Positions 25,281-37,576 of a DNA stretch of 64,000 bases are shown here, in pieces. Origin of the DNA: Pocillopora damicornis (lineage: Eukaryota); NCBI RefSeq assembly GCF_003704095.1, contig NW_020846475.1, forward strand, positions 682,001-746,000, written 5' to 3'. The position numbers were made by a program, and so were the translations under genes. Position 1 is the stretch's first letter; every line of letters begins with the position of its first letter. Under the pieces are notes generated by a model. That model was given only the letters and a program-made list of their open reading frames with translations, was not told where the DNA came from and did no database searches.

Positions 25281-28200
25281 ATGATTTTATGGGTGCTTTT
25301 TCATATCTTCCTCTTGTTCTTAACTCCTGCACAAACAAAATCTGTCAAGTCACCATTGTATGTTGGGTCTATGGCTCCTTTAACTGGTAGGCGCGCTTGG
25401 TGGGGCGCTGGAATCACAGCTGCAATGCAAATGGCTTTTGAGTACATTAACAACGACTCCAGTATTTTACCTGGGTATGAGTTGAAATTGATGGCGAATG
25501 ACACGATGGTAAGGTTTATAATTCTTTATCAGAAAACGTTACCCTAACACTCCATCATTTACACGTTAGAAACTTCAGGTTAACACTTTCACAATATAGT
25601 TTTTATGATTCACACCTTGTATTCCACCTTATAATTAACAAATTTTCAGAAAACTTATGCAAAAGCATGATTTTAAGCGCTGTTATACGAGCGTAACAAA
25701 ACCGAGGTTGAATATCACGTTCTCGCGGCGTTATCCGCTAATGCGAAAATGCTTTCGGACATCGTGTTCACATACTCTTGGTATCGAGGAAAATGGTCAG
25801 GAAAACAGGAAGTTCATTGGCATGTTAATCAAAGTTGAATATCGCATTTTAGCCGACTCGTGACAACACATAGAAAACACCGAGTTACAACACACCAGAA
25901 AATCGGAGGAAAACATTTAGGAAAACTCGAAAATCATTTTGTACCACATAAGCCGCTTCAGGAAAACACTTAACTAACACCGCGACAACCCAAGCTGGAT
26001 AATCAATGTAAAACTGTTAGGAAAAACAGAGTATACAAATGAGTTTTCCAAGCCCCGAAATACATGCTGCGGACGCCATTTTTTTCTCGTGTTTTTCCAT
26101 GGTGAATGCGAATATGCCGTGCATTCTCCGTAAAAGGAAAACGTAACTTGAACTAGACATTTCCCGGCATTCACCGTTTGGTAAAACTGTGGGCCAGCGA
26201 GGGATTGTTTTGCCGTGATTTGTATTTAAAGATCCCAGCAAGAGAATGTGACAATCAAACTTATGTCATAGAAAATCGTTCCTTGGGTGTTATGTGTTTC
26301 CAGTGAACAATTTATGAGGGAAGTAAATTTTCAATTTAAATTCATAGGGATAATTTGACAAAGCAGAGTAGTCGGCCGAGTCTGTAACCTTCCACACTTA
26401 GAAATCAGTTAAGATCCCAGACAATAATCTATTTCTTAATCATAAAATTTCCTCGATTTTGATTGTTTTAAAAAACTGATATTTTCCACTTTTTCACTTG
26501 TCAAGTTGTTATCGGACTGTTTGTTATCGGATAGTTCAATGAGCCAATCGCATTCAGGGTTGAAGTTTAAATCAACCAATCACATTTTGATGATAGTCAA
26601 CTTCAGAGCGACATTAAACTATTTACGCCTCCTTTGTCAGTCTTTTAATGCAAATTTTCCCTTTCTCTCATAACTTGGCTGTTCTTCTTTTATCGGAAAT
26701 TATAATTTTGATGATTAATTGGTTATAGGACTTCGTGTCGTCCAATGTAAACACTCTCGTGATATACAAATTGGACTCCCGCTGCGCGGTCGCCCGATTT
26801 TGTTATCACTCGTATGATTACAGACCAAATTGGACTCCACTTAGTCATATTACCACAACCAATTAACATTTTTATCTCAGTGTCGTTTTGCTTTACTCAG
26901 ATCATGTTTTAACTCGAAATTCCACTTTATTATCGGCCAAGGTTCGATTATATAACACACTTTGATCCCATTAGTACAAGTCGTTGCTTTATGTTTTCTG
27001 CTTGATCATCAATCCTTTTGTTTGTTCAAAATCTGATTTTGAAGCTGTCGTGGGTGAGTGATAAAGCGAGGACATTCGCTACAATTATCAAAGTATGACT
27101 TTTTGGGAGCTAGAAATAAGCTTTCCCTTAAACCATATTTAATGCGCATATGATAGGAAATTGTTACAGAGATCAAATGACCATCATTTTAATCTCAGTT
27201 TGATCTCACAGCTTCGTATCAGCCGTCATCGTGTAAACACTTTCCGTGTACATTTTTTGTAAGGCTCTTTAGGGAACAAAAGTGCTGTTTTAAATAAAAA
27301 GATTAGCCACGCTTAAGGGAACAAAAAGCGCTCGTAGCTCAATAATTGTTTTTCACCGTTCATAGATTCATTTCATGACATGTCTTAAGTACCTCAGTCT
27401 TTTTTTGGTTGCATATAGGGAGAAACCGGCTTGGGCAACAAAATCCTTTATGGTTACATCAAAGCAGGCAGGCCGTCAATTGTCTTAGGACCTGGCAGAT
27501 CCAACGTGGCATTGTCCGTGGCAGACACTGCAAAGTATTGGAAAATGATTCAGGTATTTCTTATGATCGATATTTTTAACAAAACACTTTATTATCACCG
27601 TGCCTCTTTCCACCCAAGAGTATAAATGGGCGCTGGAGAATAGTCAGGGAGCCTGATAAAATACTAGGAGGAAGGGGGGGGGGGGAGTAACCTTGCAATG
27701 GATTGGCATCCCATCCAAGGTGGGAGTTGTGATACTGCTAGTCGCTCCATAATAAGGGACAGTTGGATGGATGGAATTGGATGTGACACTTGGCTCGAGC
27801 ACGGACTTAACGTTACATATCTATGCAACAGGTGTATACAACTCATTTCAAGAGATATTAACGTAGAGAGGAAATTTCCCTCCCTTAGTTCAAGGTATTC
27901 TAGAGAATAAAAGATCTAAATAGCTTAGGTATTCATAACTCAGCTTTTGGAGTTCTGTTTCATTTAGATTTCAGCTTCAGCTGAGAGTGGAGACCTTTCC
28001 GACCCTGTGACGTATCCTTACTTTTTCCGCACAATTCCCTCTATATCCTCATCCAAATCCACTTTTGTGGCTCTTGCAAAGGCATTTAATTGGAAGCGAG
28101 TATCGATCCTGTTTTACAGCAGAGACATGTATATTAAGGTGAGATAGACTGAGGAGTGGCATTTTATACTTAGTAATACTAGTTCAGAATAATCAAAGGC

Positions 28201-31200
28201 TACCCTCCCAGCAGCCTAACAATCAATCCCATCTACTGCAATTTAGGAGGCCATCTTTCTTAAAACCATAACTTCATAAAAACATTTTTTTTTCGGTCAT
28301 CTCCTAGGCTGCCACCAATCTTAAGAAGGAATGCGAAAGAAACAACATTACTGTCTTGTCATACGGGAGCTTCGGGGACACCAATGATGCCGAGAACCAA
28401 TTGAAGCACATCAAGGTACAGGGGCGACAAAGATTTCCCTCTACAAGTTTCACTTTTCATGGACAAATTGTGCATTTTATTGTAGATAGTCAAGTGCACC
28501 TGGCTATGAATTACCACAGAATTCTTTCTTATGTGTCCTTTTTTTAGTTCTTTGGCGAATTATACATACGCACAACGTCCGATAGGATAAATTATTTAGT
28601 CACCTCGTGTAACCACGAAAGAAAAAAGATTGGTTGTGCCCGGCTGGAGAGCTCTTCTTCGCTAGACCACTGTAAATAAAAAGTTGTTCATGGAACCACA
28701 ACCCTGACTTTCTTTAATTTCTCCGTGTTAGAAATTGTCATGGAAGGGATGTGTTTGCATTTTTGCAGAAAAGATTACTCATATTTTATCAATTAAAGAC
28801 AAACGATGACATTGACGTATGTTACACCGGTTTAAGAAGGCCTCGTCGAATTTTGTTGATTGCTAAGAGTTTTCGCGATTGTGAGCTTTCAAGTTGCCTT
28901 ACGTCTTCTAAGCACAGTACTTCTATCTTTCCAGGATCTTGATGCGAGAATCATTTTTGCATTCCTACAGAAGACGACGAATGTTATGTGTTTGGTAAAA
29001 TAAATGACTTTCGCCATTTCTTGATTACGTCCATCCTGCTTCTATGTATAAGTGCTTTGAGTAATTCATCTCAACTGACACAGTTTGCCTCTCAGTAGAT
29101 CTATAAGTACAACTTGTATGGTAATAAATACGGATGGGTAATACATACTCCAGATTCACGAGAATGGTGGAAAAGAACCTTCCCAGAACTTGACTGTTCT
29201 GCACAACAAGTAAACATAGCGGCGGAGTACTCCATAACTGTTGACCATCTTTACATAAGCAAAGATAATGTGTCCTCGATATCTGGTTTGGTAAGTTACA
29301 TGTAAGAGTGTCGAGTAATGAACGTCAATGTGGATGATAAGTAAACGTTACAGCGAATGTTTTGTGTCTCTTATATTCTGAAGAAGGAAAATTCCATAAC
29401 GAAGAAATTTGCCAAATTCCAACTTAAGAAGTTGATTCTAATCATTGTTCTTTTGTCTTCCCACAGACTCCTCAACAGTTTTCCAAGGCGTATGAAGAGT
29501 TTGCAAATAACACAAACGTAAAAACATCACTATATGGACCGTTTGGCTTCGACGCGGCCTGGCTGGTGGCGCTTGCTTTAAAGACATCCATCGAAAAACT
29601 GTCCGAATCCCAGTTGTTGAACATCCAGGATTTTGCAGAAAATAATGCATCTGAAATTGTTAAAGAGAGTCTGCTAACGACGAGATTTACAGGGGTGACG
29701 GTTAGTGATCAAAAACCGAGACTCAGTGATATCAAAAGTTACTAAAAACAATTACAGAGGGTGCTGTAATCTTCTCACCGTTAGAAAATGTCCTAATCGT
29801 GAATGAACTTCAGGCTGAAAGTGGGAGATCAAGAGACCAATGTGATACACATGACTCTTTTTATGAAAAGAGATATTTTGTATCTCCGAGCGGCCATATA
29901 ATTTTATATTTATTACTTATATAAACACCTATGAAATACTAAATCATTTCACTTTGAAAAAACCGAAAGGCGCGATATTTTTATGCAACCATAGCAACAG
30001 TGATCTTTTCACGTGTGAAACTATCATGTTCTTCTCACGCGTGAAGATATCATGTTTTCGCCCAAAAGATCACTTGATATTTCATTGTTGTATATATTAT
30101 AAATACACCTACAGACTGAGTGCGACTTAAATGGCACCTAATAAGAATAGCCATATCTTTATTTACCCCTTTTTATATAAAGTGAACGTACTTTTTTAAA
30201 TTTTAAATACTCCTAACAGGGTGAGGTACAACTTGAGAGCAATGGAGATAGGACAGGGAAATTTGAAATTTTTCAACTTAGAGGTAACTGAATACATGCA
30301 TCGCACGGAATTATCATATCATTTAAGTGTTTCAATCCAAGAAAAAAAAATTACTCGATGGTTTTTGATGTTAAGACGCTTGAGTAAGCTAAAAGATCAA
30401 ATTCATCAGTCTCAAACAATAAAATGGGTCTACACGTATTTTTAACAAAAAAATTATTTTTACAAGTTATAATCGAGTTAAAATTCGTTACAAAATAGTC
30501 AAATGTTACCATGTTCACTAGCCATAAATCTAAAGATTTGTTCAATTTTGACATTAAGATCTTTGGTACTTTTATAGGAAGTGTACTTTATCCTATTGCC
30601 TTTCACGACGCTACAAAACCCGACTTTCTCTCCTTTTACAATGAAATGGAGTTCAAATGGAGAAGTATGTCATAAAGTTTTAATTTTGTAACAAATAGTT
30701 AAATAAAGTTTGTTTGTGAATGCCATTTAAGATGATTTCTCAGTGCTGCACTGCACATCCTATACTGTGCATGACATCGCGTATTAGACGAGAAAGTGCT
30801 TGCACATTTTGAGAATATGGTATTTTTTTCAATAAAAGGACAAGGTAAACAGGTGCGATTGTCGTTTGGTATAAGGGCACGGGATCTATAGTTTTAATTA
30901 CATAATCTTGGTGTTAAAATTATCCCCTTTGAATCGGAAAAATTAGAAAAAAAAATTAATCGGATGGACAAAGACAAAGCTAAAAGCAGCGACAGATTCC
31001 ATCAAATAACTGTTCTCCCTTGAATGTTGTTGTTAAGTCAAAGTAATTTCTTAAGGGATCAGAGATTTTTTCAACCTGTACTTTGAGGACGTGAGAATGC
31101 TTTTAACGAGAAACACCACATAATGTTTATCTTTCTCAAAGTAGCAGTTTCATTTAGTTTCGTATTTTGCTCTTGATTAAGCAGATGACAAGTCCCCTCG

Positions 31201-34200
31201 CGACCAGGTTCTCTTTAAGGACAAACTGATCCATTTATCGGAGGGGAACTTTATCGTTATGTGTGTTGTAGCTGGCATGGGGATTTTTGTCTGCTTTGGA
31301 TTTCTGTACTTTAACGTTGCCAATAGACACATAAGGTAAGGTTTTACATTTTTTCTTAATATAATAGTACAAACCAAATCATAATCCTTGATAAACTATC
31401 GAGTTCCCAACCTGTATGAGATGCAGTGAGATCAGCTGTAAATTCATTCCCCCTCTTCTCCAGAATGGACGATGAATGAATCCAGCTCTTTCAAACGAGA
31501 CACCCCGCGTAGCTCAGAAACTGAATGTCACGCTCACAGTTCCACCTCAATAAAAGAGAGACATAAATAAGGCAATGTAAATAGTCAAAGGGTCTGGGAT
31601 GAAGACGTTGACTCTCGGCTTCTAACATGGATAACCTTTCTGCTTTTTTTCGCTCTCCTCATAGGTTCATCAAGATGTCCAGTCCTAACATCAACAATGC
31701 AATTATTGTTGGTTGTATCTTATCCTACATTTCTGTTGTCTTATTCGCCATCGATGGAGAACGTCTTACCAGCTTTACTTGCAACGTAAAGAGCATTTTG
31801 AAATGATCCACTGAATTCTGATAAAACAGTCTCTATTTCAACACTTCATCAACTACTAGTTTTGAGCTTATTTTTTATGTCTGGTACTATTTCCAGGCCA
31901 AAGTAATAACCTTGGACATCGGTTTCACAGTAGCTTTTGGTTCAATGTTCTCAAAGACATGGCGTGTTCACAGAATCACAAGGAAGATAAGAGTGCAAAG
32001 ACGGGTAACCAATGCATTACCGTGATTTTCTTCAGATTAGTGGATATCAAATCTCTTGTGTTTGAATAAAGCTTCTCTAGACATAGATGGCCTTGCTTAG
32101 TTTTAACGGAAGATTGCTGCTTTGTTTGCTCAGAAATGTTCGCTTGACCCCTAAACTAAGCTAGTTTGTCTATCTTAGTCTGTATGCGAGACAAAAAAGG
32201 CCACAGAATCGTTCCATATCCTGATTTTTCATTGCATGAATTGTGTGAGAAAAATATCTGGATGGGATCATTGAATTTTGCAAGCTTTCTTGAGACTTTT
32301 CTGTACCCTTCAATTAATGTCTTTCCCTTAATTCCACAAAATAGCCACGGTCAGATACCTTGCCATGATCATTTAATTTGGATTTGGCTGAGAGCACTAC
32401 CATTAATTATAGAAAAACGTATATTAAGGAAAAGCTCGATCGAAAGAAAATCCTAAAGAAGCCACGAATTAAACTTCCATATTTTGTTTCTGTAATTCTG
32501 CAGGTGATTAAAGACATCCACTTGTTTGGAATGATCTTCGTATTCCTGTTTGTCGACATAGTTATCATCATTATTTGGTCGGCAGTGGATCCTTTGCGAA
32601 AGGATAAGAAATATCTTGAAGACAAGGTAGGTATTTCTTGATTTCTGTAAGAGAGAATGAAACTGAGAGACTTAATATCGCATATGGGCATTTAATTCCA
32701 AGGATAACCCCCCTTCTAGTTATTTCAAAACTTATTAATATCGAATTTCTCGGGAATAGTGGAATAACGCTCTTGGGGTTTCGAAATCGAAGTTAATGAG
32801 AATCGAACAATTTTCAATTGAAAATTAGCAGGGTAACCTGGGATTGTTTTGGTTTTGCTTTTCTTCGCTGTGTGATTGGTCCAGAAAACTTGATCCAGTC
32901 TCTTGACCGCGAGTTAGTCAAGACTAGCATAGAAAAAAAAATGAATCTGGAAATCAAACAGAGCATTTTTCCCTGGCTGAATTCCACTTTTCATGATTAA
33001 GTACATAACCACTTCCTTATTAGTGCAATAATTCAGGAGCCACCATTATTTTTCTCCTCACAACTTTCCGTCAAAATAGGCTGTTCATGAGCAAAATGCA
33101 GACGTCATTGACAGGCCTATGGTTTACTACTGTGCAATGAACAGAACTGTTATTTGGTTGCTTTTGGTGTATGGTTTCAAAGGAATTCTACTCATCTTCG
33201 GGTCATTTTTAGCGTGGGAGACTCGTAAAGTCAAGATAGCCGCGCTGAATGACTCGCATCATATAGGTCAGTTAGTACCAACATTACCGCAATTAGTATT
33301 TTAGGGACATTGTGCTCCACCCTTCGCATCTTAACGTCAGTATACATATTCTCCATACTGTTTTTTACATTTCCTAAAGTGTTGGCAAGGAGAATCAGTT
33401 TTACAATCAGGAGCTTCTCTAGTTGGTGATCACTTCCTTTGTTCTCGTGATCTTAATGTGTGATTCAGGGGTAGAATGTTGACAGAAATTAGACGTTGAA
33501 AGGTTAAAGTGTAGAACTCTTTCCTACAATGATGTGTTGAATAGAACGATGAAAGAGTATTGTTCTTTAGCCGTGTAATAATGTACGTGCCGTATTTTAG
33601 AAAGGTGAACTGAATATGTAAAGATTAAAAAAGTAATGAACACTTCTTAACCGGTAGTGAAAATGAATCCTGAAAAAAATTCAGGCCTGTACGGGAGTCG
33701 AACCCATGACTTTTGCGTTACCAGTGCAGTGTTTTACCAACTGAGTTAACGAGCCAACTGAGAGCTAGTCATATTGTTGGTTCGCAAATAAACTCGTTAA
33801 GTAAAAAATGAACGACTGCGAATATACGAATATCATGTATATCAGAAGTGCGAAATATTAAATGAAGATGAGAATGATCTTCTCAATAATGAACACAACT
33901 TAAGTAGTAGCATTAAGTTAAATTTGTTGTTTTTATTTCTCACAGGCATGGCTGTGTACAACGTGTTTATTGTTTGTACGATAGGAGTTCCTTTGGCAAT
34001 TTACAGCGACAAGCAAGCCTATGAATTCTCTTTTTACATTATAACAATTTCAATCTTCTTTTGTACCACTTTGACGTTATGCCTCGTCTTTGTGCCAAAG
34101 GTTTGTATCAAATATCTTTTTGGCTTCCTCTGTCTTTTCAAGGTCTCTTAATTCATATTGTGCGGATAACTAGAAGTATTTATCAACATTATGATCGTAT

Positions 34201-35537
34201 TTACTCCACGCGCCATGGTTGAGGAGACAAAATATATATATATATATATATATAAATATACACACTGTTCCCAAATTTGCATTATATACTATCATAAAAT
34301 TTGAAGAGTCGTAACATAAGACATTTTTAATGGATCTTTAAATATCGTTAATGTTGCCTTCTAACTTGGTTCGCTTGTATGACCCAAGGGTCTTTAATGG
34401 TGCGACAATTGAAATCAAACTATGCAAACACACTATTATGATATTAATACCCTAAAGAATGAATAGATAGTAAAGACGTTATTGTGTTTTAGGTTCTTTT
34501 TATCCGTCGCACTAATGAGAGCTTCCTGATAAGCACCATTCCCATCTTTATATTTAAGCTCCGAAACAACTGATGAAGTAAATAAAGTAACTGAGTGTTT
34601 AAAAGAGGCTCTCAATGGGGCTAACCTTTAGCCGCAAAACAGCCAAAAAAATTGAAAAATTTAACCGTTAACCGTAAAAGGTAATACCCCAGTGAAACCC
34701 CCATAAAAGTAAATGATAAGTTTAGACCGGCGATATTTCATGATTTGGTATGATTTTTTGACACTCTTTGTTTGCAGATAAGGATAGTGAGGAAAGGAAA
34801 TTGTGAAGATGCAATTGAAAGATTCCCAACAAATGGCATAAAATACGAAACCAAAAACCTAAATAATTTTCGTGAAAGTTTGAATAGTGCGGAACTTCAA
34901 AAGGAGGTTAAACGACTCCGAGAATTGATAGCAAAGGTGAGTAATGGCCTTTGATTTCTGTAACAAACTTGAGATAAACGAATGTGAATATACGAAAGTC
35001 ATATATTTGAACTGCGGATAAAGACGTGAATATGAAAGTGATCTACGCAGTAATGAACACTACTTGAGCAGTAGTGAAAATAAGGCCTGAAAAAAAGTTT
35101 AGGCCTGTAGGGGATTTGAACCCATGACCCCTGCGATACCGGTGCAGCGCTCTACCAACTGAGCTAGCAAGCTAACCGGGAGCTGGTCATGGTTTTGGTA
35201 CCAAATAAACCCGTGAAGGGGTGAATAGACGAATGTGAATATATGGAAGTCATATATTTCATATCCACGTCTTTATCCGCAGTTCAAATATATGACTTTC
35301 CTAATATTCTTAAAGTAGGCGAAATTCGTTTTATAGCAACCACCAGAGCCGTGTTGAAAATACCAACCAGCTGTTTGTATGACCGAATTGAAGACAATTT
35401 TATTGTTTTAGCTTATGTTTTCCACTCACACTTTGCTATTTGATCATTATCTTTCGTTTCAGTCAGAGATGGAACGAGAAACGAGGGCATCAAAAGTGTC
35501 CCAGCATCTGGTTCCCCAGCCAAGTTGTATGGTCTGA
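25281..35537 (+). CDS. GABA-B receptor-like class C GPCR, paralogue 1 (signal peptide, Venus flytrap, 7TM, short coiled coil), ~785 aa
   Basis: 17 phase-consistent GT-AG coding exons: 25281-25508, 27419-27553, 27968-28138, 28308-28415, 28935-28994, 29099-29290, 29467-29700, 30220-30283, 30578-30664, 31185-31335, 31665-31785, 31897-32004, 32504-32626, 33080-33266, 33946-34100, 34778-34936, 35463-35537 (TGA); 2358 nt. Motifs: [95 protein letters not shown]. No cysteine-rich domain, so GABA-B-type rather than mGluR/CaSR-type. Orthology to GABBR1 vs GABBR2 not resolved. Confidence 0.94.
26720..26855. mobile_element. Second copy of the 17002-17110 palindromic MITE family
   Basis: Shares ACTTCGTGTCGTCC and GTATGATTACAGACC.AATTGGACTCCAC..TATTACCA. 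Confidence 0.7.
27580..27808 (+). mobile_element. Degenerate SINE-like element (CORE-like central region), copy 2, 5' truncated
   Basis: AAAACACTTT..GTGCCTCTTTCCACCCAAGAGTATAAATGGG resembles the CORE-SINE central domain; homologous to 8234-8488. Confidence 0.65.
33611..33910 (-). mobile_element. Diverged copy of the tRNA-like repeat element (>1 unit)
   Basis: tRNA-like core 33683-33755 (-); TAATGAACAC recurs at 33634 and 33887 (period 253). Confidence 0.8.
34605..34702. mobile_element. Short derivative of the 16245-16468 MITE family
   Basis: GAGGCTCTCAATGGGG...CCCCAGTGAAACCCCC ends and internal TTAACCGTTAACCGT. Confidence 0.6.
34976..35300 (-). mobile_element. tRNA-like repeat element (~1.1 permuted units plus a 41-nt inverted piece) in the last intron of GABA-B-like 1
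   Basis: tRNA-like core 35101-35173 (-); ACGAATGTGAATATA recurs at 34978 and 35229 (period 251); 35260-35300 is the reverse complement of 34994-35034. Confidence 0.85.
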
Positions 35538-35571
35538 AAATTATTGAACTTAATGTTGCTGTCGTCACACC

Positions 35572-35577
35572 AATAAA
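35572..35577 (+). promoter_or_regulatory. Candidate polyadenylation signal of GABA-B-like 1
   Basis: AATAAA 35 nt after the stop codon; common by chance in AT-rich DNA. Confidence 0.3.
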
Positions 35578-36541
35578 TGGATGCTTCTTTAAGGTTATAT
35601 CACATCAACACTAATAATTGACAATTGGTTATGATCCATTATGCATTTAACTTGAAAACTGTTTGGAGGACAGTTACACGGCTGAATGCTCCTGTACGTT
35701 TAAGACGAAAACTTTATCGCCAAGACCTTTTTAAGTCAATACAGTATAGTGCCGAGCTCCTTTAGCGCTCTAAATAGATTATGTTTAATGACTTTAAAAT
35801 CGAAATATCGTCATAATAAGCGATTTTTTTTGTGACCTTTGAGCATGTGACGATGACGTTATTCAACGGTGCTCTTGATGACCATGAAAAGAATCACAGA
35901 TAGACCGTGAAAAAAGGAAGATTTTTTTGTAATTATGTGCATCAGTCTTAAAGATTTCTTTTATAAGTCTGAAGTTCATTCATTTCAGGAAATTGAAGCA
36001 TATGCTTATCTACATGAAAATGCAATAACAATCAGTGGATCTGATTTCATAGCCAGTGTGAGTGTGAGTAATTGTGGAAAAGTTGATCTGATTGGCCAAA
36101 TGCAACCTCTTATCCCTTCATTATCACCTACATTAGGGTTTTTAAAATACAATATTTTAAATTACAGAGGTGCTTATACTCAAAATACCTCAAAATGTCA
36201 AAATACCCCTGAGGGATTTCTTGAATCGATAAGGGAGATTATACAGGAGAACGTGCAGTTGGTTATCCGAGGATGATTATCGAGAACTATTCACCCAAGG
36301 CTAAAGAAAGCATTTACTTCGCCGTTGGAGTGTGATTGTTCATTGATCTTTTGGTTTTGTTTCGTGGTGACAGCAAAAGTAATTCAAAATCGACTAACAG
36401 CTGCAAGACTGTTCTCTGTTACCACTGAAGTTTTATTTTGGTAAAATTTTTGAAAAGAAAACAAGTTAGCGTTTTAAGTTCATAATTTTTCATTTGTGTT
36501 CAGTTTTTGTCTCAGTAATGTAGTGCAAACAATGAAATAAT

Positions 36542-37576
36542 CTACCGCGAAGAAACTTCCGCAACACGCGCCTGATTTATAATAACATTTATATGATGAT
36601 TCATTCCCTGGCAATTTTTTGAGAGATGGACTTGGCTTGTCTCGTTAAAAACCCTTCGGCGGCAACAAATGTGGTCGCTGATATTCAAGTTTTGGTCATA
36701 AACACTGTAAATGACGGGATTGATGACTTCGTTGAAAATTGCTCCGAAAAACGAAACCTCGTACAGTGTGTGCCCATGGTGTACACTTTCAGTTCCAGAC
36801 GCAATCCTCCAAATGCCTAAGAGAAACGTCGGAGACCAGCAGATAAAAAAAACGACTACGATTAAGCAGGCCGTTTTCGTCACTCGTTTCCTGCTCCGTC
36901 GAAGAGCCTTTTCCGCTATAGGAAACCTTGCCGATGGTGTACGATTAGGACGTCTTCCAAATGTAACCCTGATCACGTGATAGTAACACCAGCAAATAAC
37001 ACAGCAAGGGGCAAAGAAAAGTAAGCCAAACTCAACAGCTTCATAAAGTTTGTCGAGCCATTGTATTGGAATGGCAGTTGGTGTGCATAGCGGAAAGTGA
37101 TCTTGGAGGAAAAACGGATGATCGATAATTGTGTACATGTACAAGTACGGAGAAGACACCATAGCAGGTACAATCCATGAGGAGGCTATTAGTTGTTTGA
37201 CGAGTCTGGGTTTAAGTTTGGGTAGATACGGTAGAACCAAAGAACGATATCGATCAACTGCGATCAGCGCATGTGAGATCACAGTAGTGGCAGCAGCCGA
37301 GATCTCGACATAATCGATGATCTTACAAAGTGTTTTTCCAAAAATCCATTTGCCGAACAGCTGGCGGGTAAACTCGAAAGGGCAGAACAGTACACCAACA
37401 ACAAGATCCGAAAGAACCAAGTTTAGAATAAACTGATATGTTGGACGATTTCTGAGTAATATTTTCCAACGTTTGATCAAAACGTACGCAATGATAACAT
37501 TGCCTGTAATGGAAAGAACCATTCCCACTCCTATAACTGTAGCCATGGTGATGTTAGCAGCCGTGTTTGCTGCCAT
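36542..37576 (-). CDS. Intronless rhodopsin-family (class A) GPCR, orphan neuropeptide-receptor-like, copy A (344 aa)
   Basis: Single ORF with seven hydrophobic segments; GN (TM1), LSD (TM2), DRY, W (TM4), CWSP (TM6), NPVIY (TM7). The ORF track starts at a GTG (37579); first ATG is at 37576. Confidence 0.95.
   Translation of the reverse strand: MAANTAANITMATVIGVGMVLSITGNVIIAYVLIKRWKILLRNRPTYQFILNLVLSDLVVGVLFCPFEFTRQLFGKWIFGKTLCKIIDYVEISAAATTVISHALIAVDRYRSLVLPYLPKLKPRLVKQLIASSWIVPAMVSSPYLYMYTIIDHPFFLQDHFPLCTPTAIPIQWLDKLYEAVEFGLLFFAPCCVICWCYYHVIRVTFGRRPNRTPSARFPIAEKALRRSRKRVTKTACLIVVVFFICWSPTFLLGIWRIASGTESVHHGHTLYEVSFFGAIFNEVINPVIYSVYDQNLNISDHICCRRRVFNETSQVHLSKNCQGMNHHINVIINQARVAEVSSR

Noticed and set aside
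36626-37313. Plus-strand ORFs overlapping GPCR copy A
   Set aside because: Antisense shadows of the real coding sequence.
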